A stretch of 64,000 nucleotides of DNA, taken from NCBI GenBank assembly GCA_965222225.1, contig CBDCTK010000002.1, positions 3,712,001-3,776,000 of the forward strand, in the 5' to 3' direction. The stretch is from Candidatus Poribacteria bacterium (GTDB lineage Bacteria; Poribacteria; WGA-4E; JAJDTR01). The notes under the pieces were generated by a model. The model ran no database searches, was not told where the DNA came from, and worked only from the letters and a program-made list of their open reading frames with translations. Below, in pieces: positions 29,831-40,043 of the stretch (position 1 is its first letter; each line of letters opens with the position of its first letter). The position numbers and the translations under genes were made by a program.

Positions 29831-30859
29831 ATGAACATTCTTGGTATTGACACCTCGTGCGACGAAACCGCCGCCGCTGTCGTCGTCGATGGCAGAGAGA
29901 TTCTATCCAACATCATCTCTTCACAGATTGATTTGCACCGGAAGTACGGTGGGATTGTACCCGAACTGGCGTCTCGGAGGCATGTCGAGTCGATTAACTA
30001 CATCGTTGATCAAGCGCTGCTCGAATCGGGAACCGGCTTTGACGACCTCGGGGCTATTGCGGTGACAAATCGCCCTGGGTTAATTGGCGCGCTTCTCGTC
30101 GGGGTTGCCGCGGCGAAATCCCTGGCATACGCCCATGACCTTCCGTTGCTTGGCATTAATCACATTGAGGGACATATCTACGCGAACTTTATGGTGCACG
30201 AGGAACTTCCTTTTCCACATGTTTGCTTGACGGTTTCCGGAGGGCATACGCTGCTGGTCGAAGTGCAAGCGGGGTGGCGGTATGAGATTCTAGGAGGTAC
30301 GCTGGACGATGCCGCTGGAGAGGCGTATGACAAGGTAGCGCAGTATCTGGGTCTCGGTTTCCCCGGTGGGAAAGTAATTGACGACTTGGCAAAGCAGGGC
30401 GATCCGGCGGCGATTGAGTTCCCGCGCCCGATGCTCGGCAGCGGCGATTATCAGTTTAGTTTCAGTGGAATAAAAACCGCCGTTCGATATTACGTAGAAA
30501 AGGCAAAATCTTCCGGGACGATGTCTCCCATCGAAGATATCGCGGCTAGTTTTCAAGCCGCCGTAGTAGATGTTCTTGTCCGGAAAACAATTCGCGCCGC
30601 AAAAGAAAAAGGCGCAAAAGCAATTACATTGACCGGTGGTGTCGCCGCGAATAGCCAACTCCGCACCTCTGTGTCCGAAGCCGCGGACAGCCTTGACGCG
30701 AAGGTCTACTATCCGCCAATCAACCTATGCACCGACAACGGCGCAATGATTGCCGGCATCGCATATCACCAGTACCAAACGGGACAGAGGGATGCGCTTG
30801 ACCTTAACGCTTCCGCCGCCGGGTCGATTGTAGAACGGCAGGAGCGGACCGCCCCGTAA
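29831..30859 (+). CDS. tsaD: tRNA threonylcarbamoyltransferase
   Basis: GIDTSCDET, GGIVPELASRRH, NHIEGH, VSGGHT, DDAAGEAYDK, CTDNGAMI. Confidence 0.97.
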   Translation: MNILGIDTSCDETAAAVVVDGREILSNIISSQIDLHRKYGGIVPELASRRHVESINYIVDQALLESGTGFDDLGAIAVTNRPGLIGALLVGVAAAKSLAYAHDLPLLGINHIEGHIYANFMVHEELPFPHVCLTVSGGHTLLVEVQAGWRYEILGGTLDDAAGEAYDKVAQYLGLGFPGGKVIDDLAKQGDPAAIEFPRPMLGSGDYQFSFSGIKTAVRYYVEKAKSSGTMSPIEDIAASFQAAVVDVLVRKTIRAAKEKGAKAITLTGGVAANSQLRTSVSEAADSLDAKVYYPPINLCTDNGAMIAGIAYHQYQTGQRDALDLNASAAGSIVERQERTAP

Positions 30860-30907
30860 AACGGTTTATCGTTCTCTCACAGCACGCATTTCCAAATATT
30901 TATATCC

Positions 30908-31516
30908 GTGAATTCATTTTCTCCTCGGCTGCTGAATCAAGCCGTCCAAATTTTGAGAGACGGCGGTGTTGTCGCCTTTCCAACCGATACCGTATACGGT
31001 GTCGGGGTCGATCCATTTCAGCCGGAAGCGGTGCGCAGACTGTATCGGATAAAAGGTCGACCGGAAGACAAGCCGATTGCAATTCTTGTCGGATCGATTG
31101 AAGATGTCGCGCGGGTCGCTCAGACTCCTTCAAGAACCTTTTCTCGACTTGCCGATCGATTTTGGCCCGGAGGGTTGACACTCATCGTTGAAACGCGAGA
31201 GCTACCACCGGAAATTACCGCGGGTGGAAGTACCGTGGGCGTCCGCATGCCAGATCACCCGTTGACTTTAGAACTTCTGCGCGGCTTTGGGGGACCGATC
31301 GCTACCACCAGCGCAAACAGATCCGGGGAGAACCCGGCAACATCTGCCGAGGAAGTGGGGGCCCAACTTGGAGGTCGCGTCAACTTGATTGTAGACGGCG
31401 GAGACACCATCACGAAAGTTGCTTCGACGGTGCTGGATCTCTCGGTGTCGCCTCCAAAGATTCTCCGTCACGGCGGTATTTCCGAAGAGTTGTTGATGGA
31501 ATGTCTAATAGGATAA
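30908..31516 (+). CDS. tsaC: L-threonylcarbamoyladenylate synthase (TsaC/YrdC)
   Basis: AFPTDTVYG, KGRP.DKP, FWPG.LT, TTSANRSG. Confidence 0.93.
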   Translation: MNSFSPRLLNQAVQILRDGGVVAFPTDTVYGVGVDPFQPEAVRRLYRIKGRPEDKPIAILVGSIEDVARVAQTPSRTFSRLADRFWPGGLTLIVETRELPPEITAGGSTVGVRMPDHPLTLELLRGFGGPIATTSANRSGENPATSAEEVGAQLGGRVNLIVDGGDTITKVASTVLDLSVSPPKILRHGGISEELLMECLIG

Positions 31517-31811
31517 GAACGACAGCAGGAGTTCCCTACTCGCCTGATTCATAGAAAAAAACAAAGAGGTCGGGAATAACAATCGTTATTCCCGACGATA
31601 GCCCCGCAGCATGGGATTATCGCAGAAAACTGTTATTTCTGCTCGTTGCGTAAGCCCTGCCATCAATTGAAGATGATTGACAGTCATCTACTCGCCAATT
31701 TCCGGTCTTATTTTCGAGACGTATCGCATGGGACAAGAAACATGGAAAAAGCCCAGCCCAAATGAAGCAAGATGGCATTGACATCTATTGTCCAAACAGG
31801 TTGACGATGGC

Positions 31812-31850
31812 GTGGAAGGGAATCTTCCAACCTTCCACTCTTCCAGCCTT
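31812..31850. repeat. TGGAAGGGAATCTTCCAACCTTCC repeat family
   Basis: Copies at ~31813, 37201 (extended with 8-bp TTCCAnCC units) and a degenerate copy at 23783. Confidence 0.65.
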
Positions 31851-31871
31851 AAACCGATGGAGGATACTCTC

Positions 31872-32471
31872 ATGGCACGACAAGTATTCGTAGACATCGA
31901 CACCCAATATGACTTTATCAGTCGGGACGGAGCGCTCTCCGTGCCCGGTGCCGAAGAAATTCGAAGAAACTTAAAAACACTGACGGATTACGCCTTGAAG
32001 AACGGCATCAAGATTATCGCCTCCGCGGACGCTCACGTCCCGGATGACAAAGAGTTTGAAGTTTTCCCGCCTCATTGTGTCCAAGATACTCCGGGGCAAA
32101 AGAAAATCGAAGAAACATCTACAGCGGCTACGGTTGTGCTTAAGAATGACGATTCAGACGCGGCGCAGGCGGACGACATTGAAAACGCCAAGCAGATTCT
32201 GTTGGAGAAACAAACTTATGACGTGTTCACCAATCCCAGCGCGCCCGGAATATTTGATGCCGCCGGTGGCGATGAATACGTCGTTTACGGTGTCGCCACC
32301 GATTACTGCGTCAAGGCTGCCGCCGTCGGCTTGCTAGAACGCGGATATAAAGTAACGGTGGTCAAAGATGCTATCGCGGCTGTCACGGAGGAAACGGGAG
32401 AGGAATCCATCGCGCTGATGGAGGAGATGGGAGCGACGTTCAAGACAACTCATGAGGTCCTCGGCGGGTAA
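31872..32471 (+). CDS. pncA: Nicotinamidase / cysteine hydrolase
   Basis: DIDTQYDF, DAH, FPPHCV, EK, GVATDYCV. Confidence 0.85.
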   Translation: MARQVFVDIDTQYDFISRDGALSVPGAEEIRRNLKTLTDYALKNGIKIIASADAHVPDDKEFEVFPPHCVQDTPGQKKIEETSTAATVVLKNDDSDAAQADDIENAKQILLEKQTYDVFTNPSAPGIFDAAGGDEYVVYGVATDYCVKAAAVGLLERGYKVTVVKDAIAAVTEETGEESIALMEEMGATFKTTHEVLGG

Positions 32472-32483
32472 TCGGAGAGATAC

Positions 32484-33434
32484 ATGAACAGTTGCGGAAA
32501 GACCGGTTTGGCGTATCACCCCGATTATGCCAACCATGACACGGGAGCGGGGCACCCCGAACGTCCGGATCGCATAAGAGCAGGAATTCAGGCACTTCAG
32601 GCGTCAACCTATTGGGAAGAGCTGCGCCACATTGAGCCAACCCATGCCACCGTGGAGCAAATCCGGTATGTTCACGCCAGCGACTACATCAACCATGTGC
32701 ACCGATGCTGTGAACAAGAAATCAACCTTGACTACGATACGCCAGTCGTGAAGGCATCTTTCGATATCGCCCGTCTCTCAACCGGCGGGTTATTGAGGGC
32801 AGTCGACGCGGTAATGGCGGGAACGGTTCGTCACGCTTTCGCGCTCGTTCGTCCGCCCGGACATCATGCGACGCCAAGCAGAAGTATGGGATTCTGCCTG
32901 TTCAACAACATCGCGGTTGCGGCTCGCTATCTACAACGCGAGCACGGTATCCGCAAGGTAGCGATTATCGATTGGGATGTGCATCACGGCAACGGCACAC
33001 AGGACATTTTCTATGCCGACCCGTCGGTCTTTTTCTTCTCCATTCACCAATCACCGCTATATCCGGGCACGGGCGCAGCCAACCAGACCGGCTCCGGCAA
33101 TGCGGTCGGCACAACGCTCAACGCGCCGGTACCGCCGGGGAGCGATATCGGTACCTATGTGGAAACCTTCAAGGAGGCGCTTACACCTGCGTTGCTGGAC
33201 TTCTCGCCGGATTTCATACTCATCTCAGCCGGATTTGATGCCCACCGGTTAGATCCGTTAGCCACAATCAATCTGACCGGCGAAGGGTTTGCGACACTCA
33301 CCTCAATTGTTGTTGACCTTGCGGCGGAAACAGCCGAGGACAGGATTGTCTCGACGTTGGAGGGTGGATACAGCCTGAAGGGATTATCAGAGTCAATCGT
33401 CGCGCATGTGGGACAGCTCGTAAAGGCCATGTAA
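32484..33434 (+). CDS. Histone deacetylase family (Zn-dependent) deacylase
   Basis: HPERPDR, RPPGHHA, GFCLFNN, DWDVHHGNGTQ, SAGFDAH, LEGGY. Confidence 0.95.
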   Translation: MNSCGKTGLAYHPDYANHDTGAGHPERPDRIRAGIQALQASTYWEELRHIEPTHATVEQIRYVHASDYINHVHRCCEQEINLDYDTPVVKASFDIARLSTGGLLRAVDAVMAGTVRHAFALVRPPGHHATPSRSMGFCLFNNIAVAARYLQREHGIRKVAIIDWDVHHGNGTQDIFYADPSVFFFSIHQSPLYPGTGAANQTGSGNAVGTTLNAPVPPGSDIGTYVETFKEALTPALLDFSPDFILISAGFDAHRLDPLATINLTGEGFATLTSIVVDLAAETAEDRIVSTLEGGYSLKGLSESIVAHVGQLVKAM

Positions 33435-33581
33435 AAAAGAGGTGAAATAACCCCTGAAACCGAGTTTTTTCCCGAAAACTCGGTTTCTTCCCTCCACATT
33501 TCCTTAGCTCTGTAGGGTGGACACCGCCCACCATAACTCTGTTCTATTTCCCTTGAAACCAATCTTGTGTTTGCACAATTT

Positions 33582-33671
33582 GTAGGGATCAAGCGAGCGG
33601 ACAGCGAGCGATCAAACGACCGAACAGGGAGTGCGATAGAAGTCTTATAGAGATCCATCGTTATTCCCTAC
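33582..33671 (+). repeat. REP palindrome interrupted by a nested micro-element pair
   Basis: GTAGGG[ATCAA..33587, ATCAA..33610 ..AGATCC]ATCGTTATTCCCTAC. Confidence 0.85.
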
Positions 33672-33684
33672 CCCAACTGGTCGC

Positions 33685-34389
33685 TTATCTTTTCCGTCCC
33701 ACATGAATCGCGACGATGCCAAGCGTCTTCCGATAAAACCTGACATCCTCCAGTTCCCATGAACACATTATCCGTCCCAATTCTTCACAGTCGGGAAATT
33801 GCATCACAGATTTCGGGAGATAGCCGTAAGCATCGTCTCTGTTCTTTGAGACCAGATTCCCGATAAAGGGCAGAACCTTCGTAAAGTAAAAGTAATAGAA
33901 CCCCCGAAATATCCGATTGTTCGGTTGCGTGAACTCCAAAATCACGACACGTCCGCCGCTGACAGCAACCCGCACCATCTCCCTGATCCCGCTTTCAAGG
34001 TCCGCAACATTGCGAATACCGAACCCGACGGACACCACATCAAATGTGTTTTCCGCAAAGGGGAGTGTGAGTGTATCCGCCTCAATGGGGATAAAAACCT
34101 TCGGACGGTTCTGTTTCACCACCTTCTGCTTGCCGACCGTCAGCATTTCAAAGCAGAAATCTGTCCCGATTACCCCCGCATTCGTTCCCATTTCATCGGC
34201 ATAAGCGAGCGCGAGTTCACCGGTGCCCGTGCAGACATCAAGCACCTTGCTTTCCGGCGTTACGCCGCTAGCGCGAGCGGTGAACCTCCGCCATGAACGA
34301 TCGAACCGTAGGCTCAAGAGCGAATTGAGGAAATCGTACTGCCGCGCTATGCCAGAGAAAATCTTGTGTACGTAGATTGCCTTGTTCAT
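33685..34389 (-). CDS. ubiE: Demethylmenaquinone methyltransferase (UbiE/MenG)
   Basis: YDFLNSLLS, VLDVCTGTG, FGIRNV, ILEF, AYGYLP.SV. Confidence 0.93.
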   Translation of the reverse strand: MNKAIYVHKIFSGIARQYDFLNSLLSLRFDRSWRRFTARASGVTPESKVLDVCTGTGELALAYADEMGTNAGVIGTDFCFEMLTVGKQKVVKQNRPKVFIPIEADTLTLPFAENTFDVVSVGFGIRNVADLESGIREMVRVAVSGGRVVILEFTQPNNRIFRGFYYFYFTKVLPFIGNLVSKNRDDAYGYLPKSVMQFPDCEELGRIMCSWELEDVRFYRKTLGIVAIHVGRKR

Positions 34390-34425
34390 GACGATATTGT
34401 CGTTACAACTTACGCGGTTCGGTTG

Positions 34426-34515
34426 GTAGGAGCGATCTCCGAATCGCGACGTGCCGGGAATCGGAAGGAACCTTTATTGATCAAACGACCGAACAGAGAG
34501 TGCGATAGAGAACCC
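34426..34515 (+). repeat. Intact REP GTAGGAGCGATCTCCGAATCGCGAC plus a micro-element at 34479
   Basis: Same REP family at 37043, 37071 (inverted), 38583, 39892 (inverted), 48259, 48302 and 42884-43052. Confidence 0.8.
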
Positions 34516-34546
34516 GGTGAAACTCAACTATTTAGCTGAAACCTAA

Positions 34547-36943
34547 TTAGCTACGCAACTCACCACCCAACTCGCCGCTGAGTTTCTCGACTATCTTTTC
34601 GTGAACGCGATCCACCTGTTCATCCGTAAGGGTTTCCGTCGGGGAGGAGTATTCGATGGCATACGCGAGGCTTTTCTTGCCAGCCGGCACTTGGTCTCCG
34701 ATATACAGATCGAACAGGCGCACGGATTTGACCAAAGCGCCGCCGGCAGAATGGATAAGCGCAACGGGACGACTCGCAGGAATATTCGCATCAAGCACGA
34801 TGGCGATGTCTCGATTGACGCTCGGATAGATTGAAATTGGCTCAACCCGCCGCGTCATATCCGACACATCTGCCAAGACCTCGAAATCAAACTCGAACAG
34901 GTACGCCTTGTACCCGAGATCGTAGTTCTCTAGCACCTCCGGGTGGACTTCTCCAAAAATCCCGAGATGTTGCTCGTCCACGGCGACAGACGCATTTCGA
35001 CCCGGATGAAAGAGTGGATGGCGCGCCGGGACGAGCGTGTAATCGGAGATGCCACAGGCGTCGAGCATGCCCTCGACAACTCCTTTGATGTCGAAGAATT
35101 CCGCCGCTCGGTATGGGTCACCATGAACACCAGCCCCCAGATTGCCAGCAATGACACCTGATACGCGCTCGGGTTCGTTCGGCAAGTCGGAATCTCCGCT
35201 GGGCACGAACACTTTGGACATCTCGAAGAGTTGGATATTTTCTACGCGATGGTTTCGATTTCGCTGTGCATTCTCAAGCAGACTGGGGATCAGCGTCGTT
35301 CGCATAATCGACATGTCTTCGCTCAAAGGATTCCGGATTGTGAGCGCATCCCTGGCTCGATTGGACGCTTCGAGTCGTATGCGATCAAGTCCTCGCGGGT
35401 CGTAGAAGGAGTAGTTTACAGCTTCCGTCATTCCCGACGCGATGAGGTGTGTCTTCACCCGTTCCCGCAACTCCGACTTAGATGTCGATGGAGGCGTAGG
35501 AATGTCGCCCGTGGGCATCATTGTCGGAATGTTCTCGTAGCCGTGCACGCGCGCAATTTCCTCGATTAGGTCAATTTCACGACTGACATCCGGGCGAAAC
35601 GTTGGAACCGTGACTTCAAATGTGGGCGAAACGTCGAATCCGAGGCGGGATAAAATTTCAATCATTTCGTCGGAGGAGATTTGTGTACCCAGTACGAAGT
35701 TGGCACGCTCCGGGCGCAACTTCACTTGCACCGGCTGCCGTTTCCCCGGGTAAACATCAAGGATTCCCACCGCGATTTCTCCGTCCGCGAGTTCCGCGAT
35801 TAGCTGCGCCGCGCGGTCGATAGCCGATATAACTCCCTCCGGATCCGCACCGCGTTCGAAACGGTGCGAGGCTTCGGTGTGCATACCCAGCGCTTTTGAG
35901 GTATTTCGAATGCTTGGCGGATGGAAGTAGGCACTCTCAAGCAGCACATCGACCGTTTGGTCGGAGATCTCCGAATCAATTCCGCCCATAACCCCGGCCA
36001 GCGCAACCGGTTTCTCGGCATCAGCAATGACCAGCATGTCCGATGTGAACTTGCGTTCTATTCCATCAATTGTTGTGAGGGTTTCGTCGGGTGCCGCCCG
36101 TCGCACGACAATCCGATTTCCGGCAAGTTTGTGATAATCGAAGGCATGCAGCGGGTGACCCCATTCCATCAGGACAAAGTTGGTAATATCAACGACGTTG
36201 TTGATTGTCCCAACGCCGATTGATTCGAGCTTCCGCTGTAACCATTTCGGTGACAGCGCAATCCTGACGCCTCGAATAACCCGTGCCGCGTATCGCGGAC
36301 ATAACTCCGGGGCGTCAATTGTCACGCTCGTCAGGTCTTGGACATTCGCGACGCCTTCTTGCACGTGGACCGGCGGTAGTTTTAGACGGTTGCCCGTTTC
36401 CGCCCCGATCTCTCGTGCGATGCCAATCATGCTGAGACAATCCGGGCGGTTCGGCGTGATTTCCAGTTCCAAAACAGCGTCGTCCAGCCCTAACGCTTCA
36501 GCTAACGGCGCGCCGATAGAGACATCGTCGGAAAGCGCCATCAAACCCGAGGAGTCGTCACCGATGCCGAGTTCCTTTTCGGAGCAGAGCATTCCGTGCG
36601 ATTCTTCCCCACGGATTTTCGCCGCTTTAATCCTCAAGCCGGTAGCCAATTGAGCCCCAACCAGAGCGACGGGCGCGACCAACTCTTCACGCGCGTTCGG
36701 AGCGCCGCACACAATCTGCAAATCGGCATCCTGTCCCACATCAACAGCACATAAAACCAGTTTGTTTGCATTCGGATGGTTTCTGACTTTTCTGATTCTG
36801 CCTACGGTCACGCCATTCAATCCTTCTCCAAGTTGTTTGATGGATTCGGTCTCAACCCCGAGCATCAACAAACGATCTGCCAATGCCTCCGGAGAAAGGT
36901 CAAAATCAATGTACTCTTTTAACCAGTTTATTGATACATTCAT
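34547..36943 (-). CDS. pheT: Phenylalanine-tRNA ligase beta subunit
   Basis: WLKEY, VCGAPN, ITPNRPDCLS, RFERG, DLIEEIARVHGY, GKKSLA. Confidence 0.98.
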   Translation of the reverse strand: MNVSINWLKEYIDFDLSPEALADRLLMLGVETESIKQLGEGLNGVTVGRIRKVRNHPNANKLVLCAVDVGQDADLQIVCGAPNAREELVAPVALVGAQLATGLRIKAAKIRGEESHGMLCSEKELGIGDDSSGLMALSDDVSIGAPLAEALGLDDAVLELEITPNRPDCLSMIGIAREIGAETGNRLKLPPVHVQEGVANVQDLTSVTIDAPELCPRYAARVIRGVRIALSPKWLQRKLESIGVGTINNVVDITNFVLMEWGHPLHAFDYHKLAGNRIVVRRAAPDETLTTIDGIERKFTSDMLVIADAEKPVALAGVMGGIDSEISDQTVDVLLESAYFHPPSIRNTSKALGMHTEASHRFERGADPEGVISAIDRAAQLIAELADGEIAVGILDVYPGKRQPVQVKLRPERANFVLGTQISSDEMIEILSRLGFDVSPTFEVTVPTFRPDVSREIDLIEEIARVHGYENIPTMMPTGDIPTPPSTSKSELRERVKTHLIASGMTEAVNYSFYDPRGLDRIRLEASNRARDALTIRNPLSEDMSIMRTTLIPSLLENAQRNRNHRVENIQLFEMSKVFVPSGDSDLPNEPERVSGVIAGNLGAGVHGDPYRAAEFFDIKGVVEGMLDACGISDYTLVPARHPLFHPGRNASVAVDEQHLGIFGEVHPEVLENYDLGYKAYLFEFDFEVLADVSDMTRRVEPISIYPSVNRDIAIVLDANIPASRPVALIHSAGGALVKSVRLFDLYIGDQVPAGKKSLAYAIEYSSPTETLTDEQVDRVHEKIVEKLSGELGGELRS

Positions 36944-37252
36944 AGGTGACGCTTCTCCGCTTTGGAATCATACTTCGCAATAGAACTTACACTCGTCAAA
37001 TTCGTGTTTCCCCTTGAAAACTCGGTTTCTTACCGCTCTTCGGTAGGAGCGAGTTTCACTCGCGACCGGGAGATCGCTCCTACAGTTGCATGGTGGGATT
37101 GACGATTCGACAATCGTCAAATCTCCGTTTTCCCCTCGTATTTCCGATGTTTATAAACAACGGGCAGTCCATCATCCGCTCCAGAGGATTGAGGATGGCA
37201 TGGAAGGGAATCTTCCAACCTTCCGCCCTTCCATCCTTCCAATCCAACCCTC

Positions 37253-38269
37253 TCAAAACTGTCGCAAAAACCGTAAATCGTTCTCATAGAGCGCGCGTAT
37301 ATCCGGAATGCCGTAGCGCAGGCTCGCGATGCGCTCAACCCCCATTCCGAACGCAAAACCGGTCACTTCATCCGGATTGTAGTTTGCATATTCGAAGACA
37401 TTCGGATCTACAGCCCCCGCGCCCAAGATCTCGAGCCACCCGGTTCCGGAGCAAGTGCGACAACCCTTGCCGCTGCAAACCGTACAGGAGATATCGACCT
37501 CCGCGCTCGGCTCCGTGAAAGGAAAGAAGTGCGGACGAAACCGCATATCGGTTTGATCGCCGAACATCTGCCGCGCAAAAGACTGGAGAACGCCTTTCAA
37601 CTCACTGAACGTTACATGATGGTCAACCAGCAACCCTTCAACTTGATGGAAGGTCGGTGTATGCGACACATCGTAGTCAAGTCGATATGCTTTACCGGGT
37701 ACAATGATCCGCACCGGCGGTTTATGTTTCTCCATGAAGCGGATTTGAACCGGTGAGGTGTGCGTTCGCAAGAGCACCTCATCCGTGATGTAGAGCGTGT
37801 CCTGCAAATCCCGTGCGGGGTGATCCGCCGGTGTGTTCAGCGCGTCAAAGTTGTAATATTCGTGTTCGATTTCCGGTCCATCGGCGACGTGGAACCCCAT
37901 CCCTCGGAAGATTTGCTGGATACGGTCAAGAATTTGCGTGATGGGGTGCTTTTTCCCCGACTGCGGACGTCTCCCTGGCAAGGTGATATCGATCGCCTCC
38001 GCCGCAAGCTGTTTCTCACGGTCTTGTTGATTTAAACTTTCGCCAACCTCTTCAAAAGCCCTCGTCAGATTCTGCCTCACCTCATTTGCCAGTTTCCCTA
38101 TAATCGGACGTTCCGCCTCGGAGAGTTTCCCCATTCCCCGCATTACGGTAGATAGCAGCCCTTTCCGTCCAAAGTATTTAATCCGAAGTTCCTCAAGATC
38201 GACTGAGTTCGTTACCGCTTTGAGTTCGTAAAGCGCTTCCGCCTCAATTTTCTTCAACTCTTCTTGCAT
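37253..38269 (-). CDS. pheS: Phenylalanine-tRNA ligase alpha subunit
   Basis: NFDALN..HPAR, LLRTHTSPVQIR, FHQVEG, FPFTEPS, FAFGMGVER; AGGAGGT SD before ATG 38269. Confidence 0.98.
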   Translation of the reverse strand: MQEELKKIEAEALYELKAVTNSVDLEELRIKYFGRKGLLSTVMRGMGKLSEAERPIIGKLANEVRQNLTRAFEEVGESLNQQDREKQLAAEAIDITLPGRRPQSGKKHPITQILDRIQQIFRGMGFHVADGPEIEHEYYNFDALNTPADHPARDLQDTLYITDEVLLRTHTSPVQIRFMEKHKPPVRIIVPGKAYRLDYDVSHTPTFHQVEGLLVDHHVTFSELKGVLQSFARQMFGDQTDMRFRPHFFPFTEPSAEVDISCTVCSGKGCRTCSGTGWLEILGAGAVDPNVFEYANYNPDEVTGFAFGMGVERIASLRYGIPDIRALYENDLRFLRQF

Positions 38270-38291
38270 ACTCACCTCCTGTAGCGCCGCA

Positions 38292-38570
38292 ATAAAAAAC
38301 GCCTATCGCTTTCGTCCCTAGGGACGAAAGCGATAGGCGTCAACTTCCGCGGTACCACCCTAATTAACAGATTTCAAAATCTGTTCACTTCGTTGATTGG
38401 TCAATAACAGTGACCTTCCGGCGCGAGCCTACTTTGCCATCTTGACGTTCAACTCGGCGGCTCCAGGATGAAATTCGGCGATCGGTCTCGAAAATGCGCT
38501 TTCAGCCGATGACGCATCCTCCCTAGTCGAGACTCTCCAACCGCTTACTGTGTCCCTTCAAAGCCTTTAT
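38292..38570 (-). promoter_or_regulatory. Phe T-box riboswitch with intrinsic terminator
   Basis: AATTAGGGTGGTACCGCGG T-box (38347-38365); stem I AGTA, AGGGA and GCTGA motifs; specifier TTC (38470-38472); perfect terminator hairpin + U-tract at 38294-38340. Confidence 0.93.
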
Positions 38571-38636
38571 CGTGATTTATTTGTAGGAAAGATCTCCAAG
38601 CCGCGACCTCCCCTTCCATTTCTATAGCTCTGAACA

Positions 38637-38984
38637 CTAACCTTTTGCCATCTCTACAATCCGACCAAATCCTTTCTCATCGCGAATGGCGAGATCCGCT
38701 AGTACTTTTCGGTTCAGATTGATTCCAGCCTTTTTCAAGCCGTTTATCAGGCGACTATACGAGATTCCATGCGCTCTGGCGGCGGCATTAATGCGCGCAA
38801 TCCACAGTTGTCTGAACTCTCGCTTGCGAGTGCGTCGATGCGCATAGGCGTAATTCCAACCCTTCTCAACCGCCTCAACAGCGGATCGCCTCAGATTGTT
38901 ACGTCCGCCGCGATACCCCTTCGAGTGTTTCAAAATCCTCTTGCGGCTTTTTCGGCGGACACTTCCGGTTTTAACTCTTGCCAT
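38637..38984 (-). CDS. rplT: 50S ribosomal protein L20
   Basis: [34 protein letters not shown]. Confidence 0.98.
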   Translation of the reverse strand: MARVKTGSVRRKSRKRILKHSKGYRGGRNNLRRSAVEAVEKGWNYAYAHRRTRKREFRQLWIARINAAARAHGISYSRLINGLKKAGINLNRKVLADLAIRDEKGFGRIVEMAKG

Positions 38985-39017
38985 TCTTAACTCCTCAACA
39001 GTAGAACGATTTGAACC

Positions 39018-39212
39018 TCATCCCTGGATCAGGCGATTAAGCCTTTTAACAGTTGTAGCATCGGCAAGGGTACTCCGCCGTAACCGCCGTTTACGTTTCG
39101 TCGTCTTGGTCAAAAACAGATGGCCCGAATTGGCGCGATGTCTACGGATTTTACCCGTGCCAGTTAATTTGAATCGCTTCGCTGCCCCTTTATGCGTTTT
39201 TATTTTTGGCAT
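39018..39212 (-). CDS. rpmI: 50S ribosomal protein L35
   Basis: [21 protein letters not shown]. Confidence 0.97.
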   Translation of the reverse strand: MPKIKTHKGAAKRFKLTGTGKIRRHRANSGHLFLTKTTKRKRRLRRSTLADATTVKRLNRLIQG

Positions 39213-39241
39213 TCAGCTTATCCTCAATTAGCCTTCAACTG

Positions 39242-39799
39242 CTAGGGTGATTTTTGTGATGAATTTGGCGTAAGAATCATAAGCATAACTCGCGTTTCCA
39301 TCCGAGGCGGTTGCTCAACGTCGGCTATTTCGGAAACATCTTTTGCAAGCCGCTCCAACTTCAACCTTCCGAGACTTGTGTGCAACATCTCACGTCCCTT
39401 GAATCTGACCTCAGCCTTGACTTTCCAGCCTTGGGACAAAAACTCCTCGGCGTGCCGTTTCTTGAATTGATAGTCATGCTCCGCCGTATCAGATCGCAAT
39501 TGGATTGTCTTCAAGACAACCTTTGCCTGTTTCTTTTTGGCTTCTTTCGCCCGTTTGCTCTTCTCATACTGGAACTTGCCGTAATCCATAATTCGGCAAA
39601 CAGGCGGATCCGCGTTGGGCGACACCTCTACCAAATCCATTCCTGCCGCTTCGGCACGTTCTACGCCTTCTCTGGTCAAAATGACGCCGAGCTGTTGATT
39701 GTCTTGATCGATTACCAAGACTTCCTTTGCCCGAATCTGGCGGTTTACTTTGTTTTGCGGCTGCCCCTTTTTTGGGAGCCGTCTACCTCTATGCTGTAT
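39242..39799 (-). CDS. infC: Translation initiation factor IF-3 with non-canonical ATA start
   Basis: DLVEVSPNADPPVCRIMDYGKF, FKGRE; frame extends upstream (VNRQIRAKEV) to ATA at 39799, after a GGAGGTG SD, with an in-frame TGA two codons further upstream. Confidence 0.93.
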   Translation of the reverse strand: MQHRGRRLPKKGQPQNKVNRQIRAKEVLVIDQDNQQLGVILTREGVERAEAAGMDLVEVSPNADPPVCRIMDYGKFQYEKSKRAKEAKKKQAKVVLKTIQLRSDTAEHDYQFKKRHAEEFLSQGWKVKAEVRFKGREMLHTSLGRLKLERLAKDVSEIADVEQPPRMETRVMLMILTPNSSQKSP

Positions 39800-40043
39800 T
39801 TTTCACACCTCCATGTGCGTGACCGGCTTTTATCCGTCAAAGAAATTAATGCATGACGTTAAGACATCATCTAGTAAGCAGAAGACCGTGACTGCGCGAT
39901 TGCTCCTACAGTAGATTTGTGGTTTCCAACATCTCAATCACGGGCGGTAAACAGAGATTGCCTTGTATTCTAGCATATTCGGATGGCAGATGCAAGCCAA
40001 AATCCCTCGTGAACATTCAGGAACCCTGTTACCGCGAATGATT

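Noticed and set aside
39815-39895. L20 leader RNA upstream of infC
   Set aside because: The leader-like word AGTAAGCAGAAG is on the wrong strand, and no convincing structure could be drawn by eye.
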